IMG/VR virus record: IMGVR_UViG_3300046772_000037
Coordinates: 1 to 50,421 of that record
Direction: 5' to 3' (one strand)
DNA: 50,421 bases
Source: a virus
Taxonomy: Duplodnaviria > Caudoviricetes
Made by a program: the position numbers and the translations under genes. The notes beneath the pieces were generated by a model. It was not told the DNA's origin, made no database searches, and was given only the letters and a program-made list of their open reading frames with translations. Positions 44,264 to 50,421 of the stretch are shown here, piece after piece (the stretch's first letter is position 1; each line of letters opens with the position of its first letter).

Positions 44264-44725
44264 TTATTCTCCTTTCTGCAAACTTCTTTGCGCACCGTAA
44301 TACAAAGGTGCGGCAGAACTAAGTCCTAACCCTTTCGCTAAATCTTGAAGTGAAAATCCATTTTTATACTCTTCAGCAATTTGTGAGTGGTATGCCTCAA
44401 CGCCTCCAGTTTGCTTGGCGTTTTTAATTCTTTCAACAGCAGCGGGGACTTCTGATTTATGCGCCTTCTTATGCGGCTTGATTTGTTGAATGGATACATT
44501 TTCCATAACCACACGGCGTCTTACTCCTGGGTATGCAACCTTTAGGACTTTAGCCAAGTCGGGAAGGCTCCCACCTTGTTCATAGAATTCGCAGAGCAGT
44601 CTTGTATATTCACGACTTGCTTTGTGGGCTGGTGTGTTTTGAAATCTAGAACCATAAGCCTTTTTAGCCAAAGGAAGAAGTGGTTCAATCATTACTCGGT
44701 ATTGCTCTACCAACTCTGCGCTCAT
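44264..44725 (-). CDS. Tandem-HTH DNA-binding protein (candidate small terminase or regulator)
   Basis: Two repeats, FYEQGGSLPDLAKVL and EYKNGFSLQDLAKGL; ends 2 nt before terL; start 44725 (GGAG RBS) or 44737. Confidence 0.7.
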   Translation of the reverse strand: MSAELVEQYRVMIEPLLPLAKKAYGSRFQNTPAHKASREYTRLLCEFYEQGGSLPDLAKVLKVAYPGVRRRVVMENVSIQQIKPHKKAHKSEVPAAVERIKNAKQTGGVEAYHSQIAEEYKNGFSLQDLAKGLGLSSAAPLYYGAQRSLQKGE

Positions 44726-44789
44726 TGTCAACTCCATTATAAATAGTGGGTAGCACTATCATAACGGAGAGTTCAATGGTTATAAGGGT

Positions 44790-44966
44790 TTATTCGTCTT
44801 CATCTCTATCGCGTCTGATTGGGTATGTAGACCACCAAACGACCATAGAGAAAATAATTGCCCACCCTACGACTGTCTTTGCAGACCCGTCAAGAACTAG
44901 CCAAGCAATGAACATGCCTAGTAGTGTCCAGACTTGGTCTAAAACATCTCTCAGGAAGTCTCTCAT
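44790..44966 (-). CDS. 58-aa two-TM membrane protein (absent from the ORF track)
   Basis: [58 protein letters not shown]; TAATG overlap with the upstream gene, GGAG RBS. Confidence 0.75.
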   Translation of the reverse strand: MRDFLRDVLDQVWTLLGMFIAWLVLDGSAKTVVGWAIIFSMVVWWSTYPIRRDRDEDE

Positions 44967-47900
44967 TACTTCACTCTCCTTGTTCTAGTTCTTACTTTTT
45001 TACTTGTTACTTTTTTAGTTGTTTTTGTTCTACGACGAGTTCCATTTTCACGACCTGAAACTCCAACATCTCCACCACCTCTAGGAGAAGAAGGTTTGCT
45101 TCCTCCACCAGTAGGTGCTCCACCACCAGCAGCACCTGTTGCTGCTGCCGCTGCTCCTAAAGCAGTTTGAACAGCCTGTGCTGCTACAACAACTGTCAAA
45201 ACCATCTTCTCTGCTTCTTCGCGTTCTTCCTCACTCATATCTGCGCCAAGACTTGACAAAGCAAGTAGCGCTTGAGCAGGGTCGCCAAAGACTTCAGATA
45301 ACAATTCTACTGGATTGTCAAGTAGTTGAAGGGCAGCAGCAATTTCAGCAGTAATAACAACTTCATTTCCGTTCTCATCTGTGCGAACTTCTACTGGAGT
45401 TTCTGCTGGTAGGTCTTCATAAGTAAGCCCTGCTTCTTGGATGGCTTCAGCACTTACTGCTGCTCCATCGGCAGACTCAATAAGAGCATCCGCGATGAGT
45501 TCTTTTTCAGCAGTAGTAAGTTTTCCATCTTCTGCCAAAGTATCAGCAAGATTATTTACTTCTTCAGCCGTGACTTCGCCATCTGCTCCTAAAGCATCAA
45601 GAATTTTTTCAGCGTCATCTGCTGAAATCTTTCCATCACCGATTGCATCGTCAACTAAACTATCTACTTCTTCTTCAGAAGGGATGTCGTCAATTGGCTC
45701 TGGTTGTGGTTCTGGTTCTGGCACTGGCTCTGGCTCTGGTTCTGGCTCTGGAGTTGGCTCGGGTTCAGGTTCTGGTTCAGGCTCGGGTTCCGGTTCTGGC
45801 TCAGGTTCTGGTTCTGGCTCAGGCTGTGGCTCTGGTTCTGGTTCTGGTTCAGGTTCAGGAGTAGGTTCAGGCTGTGGCTCTGGTTCTGGTTCTGGCTGTG
45901 GTTCTGGCTCCGGCTGTGGTTCTGGCTGTGGTTCTGGTTCTGGCTCGGGCTGAGGCTCAGGTTGTGGCTCAGGTTGTGGCTCAGGATTGGGTTGAGGTTC
46001 TGGTTCAGGCTGAGGCTCAGGTTGAGGTTCTGGAGTCGGTTCCGGGTTGGGAGTCGGTTCAGGAGTAGGTTCAGGAGTTGGCTCTGGAGTAGGTTCAGGA
46101 GTTGGCTCTGGAGTAGGTTCAGGAGTTGGGTCAACAACAAGCAGTTGAGTTGCTGTTGTAGTTGAGTATTTTGCTAGTGTGTCATTATCAGAGCGCACAG
46201 AAATTTGATAGGTGGTATCTAGTCCACCAGTTCCTTCAAATAAAGATGCAGGAAGAACAATACTGGTATTTAGTGCGTTAGCATCTCCAGCATTTCCAGT
46301 TGCTACTCCCCAGCCAGAGTTACCTGTTGACCAAGAGACTGCATAGCGCTCTGGAGAAATTACTCCTGTTGGAGCAGTCCATGAAACCTGCACATCTCCG
46401 TTTGATAGTTGTGTGACAACAATATCTGTAGGTGCATTTATAGGAGTTTGGTTTATTACTTCTGCTTGAACAACAGTTTGAGCAGTTTGAACAGCAGAGA
46501 TTGCTTGAACTGTTTCTGTAATTGCCGTTTGAGCAAGTGTTACTGCTGTTTCCATAGCCTCAACTGCTGCTTCAGCATCAGCCAAGTCACCCTGAGCATT
46601 TGTTAGGTCTTGCTGGGCAGCGTCTTCCGCTAAATCTAAAACTTCAAGTTCATTTTGCTCTTGAGTAAGAGCAGCCTCTGCTGCTGCTAAGGCTTGAATT
46701 TGTTGTGGAGTTGCGTTTGATGTTGTAAATGCTGAACCTGGAACAATTGTGTATCCCTGACCAAGATGCCAGTAGAACTGAACGTTTGCTCCTCCACCAT
46801 TTTCGTAATACCAAAGTTCAAAGTCGTAGGGGGTTTGAGCAGCAAAGTTTTCCATGGCAGTTGAGCCGCCGCCACCTTTGTCATACCAGTCGTTAATAAC
46901 TTGAATACCACCAATAATTACTCTTACTCCATCATCACCAGGAGCATAAAAACGAATAGTTCCTCCTACAGGAAAGGTAATATCACCAGAGTATTTAACA
47001 ATTACATCTTCAGAGCGGTTTGAGCCAGCAACGTTTCCGCTACCCCACTGCTCATTGATTCCATTTGTATCTGTCGTAGTGTAAATAGGAGTAGCACCTG
47101 CTGGAAGAGTTGGTGCGTTGTTCTGTCCTTGAACGTTATAAACCTCAACGTTGAGCCCCTGAGAGGTATTAGCATCAACTACTGCTTGAGCAGATGCTTC
47201 TGCTGTAGTTGCTGCTGCAACTACTACTTCCTGAGCATCAACTGCTGCCTGAGCCTGAGTAAGCACCTCTGTTTTTTCCGCAACTTGTGTTTGTGCTTCT
47301 GGAACTGTCATGGCTGTTGAAGCAAGTTGTTCTGCTGTAGTCATTGCTGTTTGAGCCGCTGTTACCGCTGATACAGCCTCGGCTACCTGAGTTGTTGCAT
47401 TGTTTACCGCCTGAGTAACTTCTGTGGTTGACTGTAAAGACTCGGCGGTAGTGGTAATAGTTGATAAAGTTGAAGAAACTACAGTAACTGCTGCCGCAGA
47501 AACAGTTATCTGTGCTTTTGCTACATCAACAGTTGCTTCTTTGATTTCTGCTGTTGATGTATCTGTTGCCGATAGAGCACTAGATGTTGCTGTAGTAGCA
47601 GTGGCTTCAGCCTGGGTAGCAGTTGTTTGTGCTGTAGTTTGTGCTTCTTGTAGAGTAGTAAGAGTTGTTTGAGCAGAAGATAAAGTTGTTTGTGCTTCTG
47701 AACTGGCAGTTTGAAGAGTTGTAAGCGTTGCTTGTTCTGTAGCAAGAGTTGTATTTGCCTGTGTAGCGGCAGCAATAAGTGCTGGGTCAGAAGTTGTCTT
47801 TGTTACAGCAATATTGTCAACAATGTAGTAATCAGCATCTTTTACAATAGTGACAGTGTCAATATTTGTTCCAGTTACAGTTTCGGTTGTAGTGTATTGA

Positions 47901-48877
47901 ACAGACTGAAGTTGAGTAGATACGTTATTGTCCATAACCGTTGTGGTTGTGGTTCCATCTGTATTTGTTGTAATGATTGATGTATCGCCATTTTTAGCGT
48001 ATACGCCCATAACAACTTGTGTGACTGTTCCAGTATTTGATGGGTTTACATCAATAACAACGTTGTTGGCTGGATTAATAATTACAAGACCTGGACCCGA
48101 AGTCTGAGGGGTATTCCAGTTTCCACCTATAGAAACACCAGTGGAGCCAGTTGAAGAAGTTACTGTTGTCCCACCCGTAGTTACTGTAACTACGCTTGTT
48201 GTGTTATTAGTAAAAGTCTCTGTTGTAGTTGTAGTTGTATTGGCTGCATTTGCTGCTGCTTGGGCTGATGTTGCCGCTGTCTGTGCTGAAGCAACTACTG
48301 CTTCTTGATTTGTTACCGCTTGAGCAGCAGAATTTACGGCTGTTTGTGCTGGACCAATTAAAGCCTGTTGAGAAGAGACAGCGGCAGCAGCCTCGCTAAG
48401 AGCCTGACTTGCGCTCTCAGATGTGGCAACTGCCGCCTCTGCTGTAGCAACTGATGTTGCTGCTGATGTTGTTGCGCTAGATGCTTCCTGTGTTGATGTA
48501 GTCGCAGTTTGAATTGATTGGGAAACTTGTTCTGTCTGTTGGGGTATTGATGATGCTACCTCCTGAATTTGAGTAATCTGTGTTTGAAGACTTGCTACAT
48601 TAGACACTGCCGTTGCTACAGCAGTTGCTGCTTCAGCCAATGGTTCTTGCGTTGAACTCTCTGAAGAAGCGTTTGGACCACCTCCCGACGACGCACTGGA
48701 AACCGAGTTATTGTTTTCCGTTCCACCTCCGTCTTGAGGGACTCCTTCTTCAGCATATGCTTGTGTTGGAGCAAGTAATGAATAGATTACTACAAAAAAT
48801 GGATACCCAAATAAGCCTATTATTACTTTCTTAGAAATAGGCAAAGATATAAAGCGAGCAGCGTGTAGCCGCATCAT
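44966..48877 (-). CDS. Exported surface protein: signal/TM, Ala-Thr helical stalk, PA14 domain, FN3 domain, Pro-Glu linker, acidic domain, basic tail
   Basis: Hydrophobic N-terminus ending AYA-EE; PA14 signature INEQWGSG...YSGDI...GDDGVRV...DW...YYENGGGA; FN3 APTDIVV...VSWTAP...YQISVRS. Confidence 0.85.
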   Translation of the reverse strand: MMRLHAARFISLPISKKVIIGLFGYPFFVVIYSLLAPTQAYAEEGVPQDGGGTENNNSVSSASSGGGPNASSESSTQEPLAEAATAVATAVSNVASLQTQITQIQEVASSIPQQTEQVSQSIQTATTSTQEASSATTSAATSVATAEAAVATSESASQALSEAAAAVSSQQALIGPAQTAVNSAAQAVTNQEAVVASAQTAATSAQAAANAANTTTTTTETFTNNTTSVVTVTTGGTTVTSSTGSTGVSIGGNWNTPQTSGPGLVIINPANNVVIDVNPSNTGTVTQVVMGVYAKNGDTSIITTNTDGTTTTTVMDNNVSTQLQSVQYTTTETVTGTNIDTVTIVKDADYYIVDNIAVTKTTSDPALIAAATQANTTLATEQATLTTLQTASSEAQTTLSSAQTTLTTLQEAQTTAQTTATQAEATATTATSSALSATDTSTAEIKEATVDVAKAQITVSAAAVTVVSSTLSTITTTAESLQSTTEVTQAVNNATTQVAEAVSAVTAAQTAMTTAEQLASTAMTVPEAQTQVAEKTEVLTQAQAAVDAQEVVVAAATTAEASAQAVVDANTSQGLNVEVYNVQGQNNAPTLPAGATPIYTTTDTNGINEQWGSGNVAGSNRSEDVIVKYSGDITFPVGGTIRFYAPGDDGVRVIIGGIQVINDWYDKGGGGSTAMENFAAQTPYDFELWYYENGGGANVQFYWHLGQGYTIVPGSAFTTSNATPQQIQALAAAEAALTQEQNELEVLDLAEDAAQQDLTNAQGDLADAEAAVEAMETAVTLAQTAITETVQAISAVQTAQTVVQAEVINQTPINAPTDIVVTQLSNGDVQVSWTAPTGVISPERYAVSWSTGNSGWGVATGNAGDANALNTSIVLPASLFEGTGGLDTTYQISVRSDNDTLAKYSTTTATQLLVVDPTPEPTPEPTPEPTPEPTPEPTPEPTPNPEPTPEPQPEPQPEPEPQPNPEPQPEPQPEPQPEPEPEPQPEPQPEPEPQPEPEPEPQPEPTPEPEPEPEPEPQPEPEPEPEPEPEPEPEPEPEPEPTPEPEPEPEPVPEPEPQPEPIDDIPSEEEVDSLVDDAIGDGKISADDAEKILDALGADGEVTAEEVNNLADTLAEDGKLTTAEKELIADALIESADGAAVSAEAIQEAGLTYEDLPAETPVEVRTDENGNEVVITAEIAAALQLLDNPVELLSEVFGDPAQALLALSSLGADMSEEEREEAEKMVLTVVVAAQAVQTALGAAAAATGAAGGGAPTGGGSKPSSPRGGGDVGVSGRENGTRRRTKTTKKVTSKKVRTRTRRVK
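45695..46130 (-). repeat. Coding microsatellite-like Pro-Glu/Pro-Thr/Pro-Gln tract (about 145 codons)
   Basis: 6- and 12-bp degenerate units encoding (PEPT)n, (PEPQ)n and (PE)n. Confidence 0.9.
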
Positions 48878-48935
48878 AGAGTAAATCTCCCACCACAGAA
48901 GAATATTGTGGTGATAATTTTACAGGAAAGTAACT

Positions 48936-49604
48936 CTAACTACTTGATTTATAACGTAAGTAAATGTCACGAACAGTTGATGCGTACCATTTTTTACCTT
49001 TAAGAAGAGTTGGTATTGCATCTTTATTCAAGTTATCAGAAATTTCTTTATAAGAAAGTCCAGCATCTCTTTCTTTATTAATGCGTTCTTCAATATCTTT
49101 AGATACAAGTGGCAATGGACCTAAATCAATTCCCCAGCGCTTACCACTAGTTCTTCTGTCTTGATGAATGTCTTTTTGGCGCATAGAAATCATTCCGCGC
49201 TCCATTTCAGCCATAGCAGACATAATTGTTACAACGAATCGTCCTTGATATGTTGCAGTGTCTAAACCTAAATCAAGAAGCATTAGACGCCATCCGTGTT
49301 TATGTGAACGGTCAACAATCTCTAAGAAGTCTCTTGTAGAGCGAGCAAGTCTGTCTAAGCGAGTTACAAAAAGTGCTTCGGCTTTTCCGTTATCAAGGTC
49401 TTCTAGTGCTTTAGTAAGAACAGGTCTTCCCTTGATGCTTTTTCCAGATTTTCCTTCTTCACGAAGAATTATTACTTCTTCATATCCATTGAACTCGGCA
49501 GCACCAACAAGTTGTTTTTCTTGAGCATCAAGACTCACACCTTCTTCTGCTTGCATCGCGGTAGAAACACGGGCATAGCAATAAGCAACCTTTTTAGTTG
49601 TCAC
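48936..49604 (-). CDS. Serine recombinase (resolvase catalytic domain + short recombinase-type DNA-binding segment)
   Basis: YARVST catalytic Ser, SGKSIKGRP, TRLDRLARS, MAEMER; C-terminal SYKEISDNLN...W..STV. Confidence 0.9.
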   Translation of the reverse strand: MTTKKVAYCYARVSTAMQAEEGVSLDAQEKQLVGAAEFNGYEEVIILREEGKSGKSIKGRPVLTKALEDLDNGKAEALFVTRLDRLARSTRDFLEIVDRSHKHGWRLMLLDLGLDTATYQGRFVVTIMSAMAEMERGMISMRQKDIHQDRRTSGKRWGIDLGPLPLVSKDIEERINKERDAGLSYKEISDNLNKDAIPTLLKGKKWYASTVRDIYLRYKSSS

Positions 49605-49752
49605 GAGGACTCCACATTTCTACATAGAAATACCAATGGATAAATTCAATGGTTACGGATTTGGCATAGCGACAGTAGTTGAGACCAAAGCCCCAACTAT
49701 CCCAAGTCCCCCAACCAAAGTTGATGTTGAGTTGTTTACTGCCCCGCGCCAT
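49594..49752 (-). CDS. 52-aa aromatic-rich hypothetical protein (absent from the ORF track)
   Basis: MARGSKQLNINFGWGTWDSWGFGLNYCRYAKSVTIEFIHWYFYVEMWSPRDN*; bridges the flanking genes with short overlaps. Confidence 0.55.
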   Translation of the reverse strand: MARGSKQLNINFGWGTWDSWGFGLNYCRYAKSVTIEFIHWYFYVEMWSPRDN

Positions 49753-49942
49753 CGCCCTTGACCAATCTAAAAGTCTTGGTCATTTCTTTAGCGGGCTTCT
49801 TTCCTTTGAAAGTGGCGATAACTCCTTTGAAAACAGCAACAGCAAGAGCAAGGATAAACAATCCAATGATTGCCACCAGTGTCCAGCCAATCGCCCAGAG
49901 TCCTAACTCAAAAGCAAGTTCAAAAGGTTGTTTCCAGTCCAT
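49736..49942 (-). CDS. Small membrane protein
   Basis: Long hydrophobic helix plus basic tail; GAGGA RBS. Confidence 0.7.
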   Translation of the reverse strand: MDWKQPFELAFELGLWAIGWTLVAIIGLFILALAVAVFKGVIATFKGKKPAKEMTKTFRLVKGDGAGQ

Positions 49943-50104
49943 ACGTCTTTTCCTCTCGTAGATGGGTGTTCTTGAGCGTAACTATACACTCTTACACCTA
50001 AAAGTATACAAAAAATAGCCCCTATTTATAAGTGTCATATTGGACGATTTTTGGCATTGGATATATATGGTGTGTTAATATACTTGGGCCTAACTACGAA
50101 CAAC

Positions 50105-50377
50105 TTATCCTTCTTGGACATCAATAACAGGGTTGTTATTCGTTTTCACGCTGGCATTGAACATTAGCCATTGGTTGTCTTCTTCATCCTTGAGTTCTTC
50201 ATGGAGATACTCAAAAAAGGCATCCACCCCACCATAGAAGGTCGGAGAGGTGCAGCCGAATGTTCCACTAGATTCCCCGTCTCTAACTATCTCGCCTTCA
50301 ATGTCCCAGTGGGCGGGTTCTCCATCAATAGTAACTCTTCTAACTCTTAGGGTCATTACTCCGTCATCACTAATCAT
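50105..50377 (-). CDS. Acidic hypothetical protein
   Basis: ATG 50377 with AAGGA RBS; 90 aa. Confidence 0.6.
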   Translation of the reverse strand: MISDDGVMTLRVRRVTIDGEPAHWDIEGEIVRDGESSGTFGCTSPTFYGGVDAFFEYLHEELKDEEDNQWLMFNASVKTNNNPVIDVQEG

Positions 50378-50421
50378 TTTTATCCTTTTCTTTCTTAGTA
50401 GACAAACCATACAGTTATAAT

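Noticed and set aside
45441-46165. Striking GS-repeat, WF/RL-repeat and NQ/LS-repeat ORFs
   Set aside because: Antisense and alternative-frame shadows of the Pro-Glu tract in ORF 44966-48877; no independent support
48936-49604. IS607/Tn3-type mobile element or prophage integrase
   Set aside because: No N-terminal MerR-like HTH, no TnpB or transposase, no terminal repeats seen; too short for a large serine integrase

Overview
This window is a fragment of a large tailed dsDNA phage genome. The two WhiB genes point to an actinobacterial host; GC looks low-40s % by eye, which would fit low-GC freshwater Actinobacteria (inference). Layout: (1) 1-7.2 kb (+), minor tail/fibre genes and small helical ORFs. 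(2) 7.2-16.3 kb (+), replication/recombination module: family A DNA polymerase with Tyr at position 762, RuvC-like resolvase, SNF2 helicase, Cas4-like nuclease, Sak4-like ATPase, SSB, then two WhiB regulators. (3) 16.2-37.9 kb (-), about 20 kb of virion appendage genes, including five Gly-X-Thr collagen-like proteins built from shared modules, ending in a GT2-TPR glycosyltransferase and a SAM methyltransferase. (4) 38-44.7 kb, metallophosphoesterase, a lone (+) Prim-Pol/SF3 primase-helicase and the large terminase. (5) 44.8-50.4 kb (-), a 1303-aa exported PA14/FN3/Pro-Glu protein coupled to a small membrane protein, a serine recombinase and small ORFs. I saw no tRNA, rRNA, CRISPR array, capsid or portal gene. 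Best candidates for new biology: a spore-BclA-like collagen glycosylation system on the virion, a blue-copper-type site inside a collagen fibre, split-motif docking between fibre proteins, and a phage-encoded host-surface lectin stalk. All family calls come from motif recognition by eye; no searches were run.
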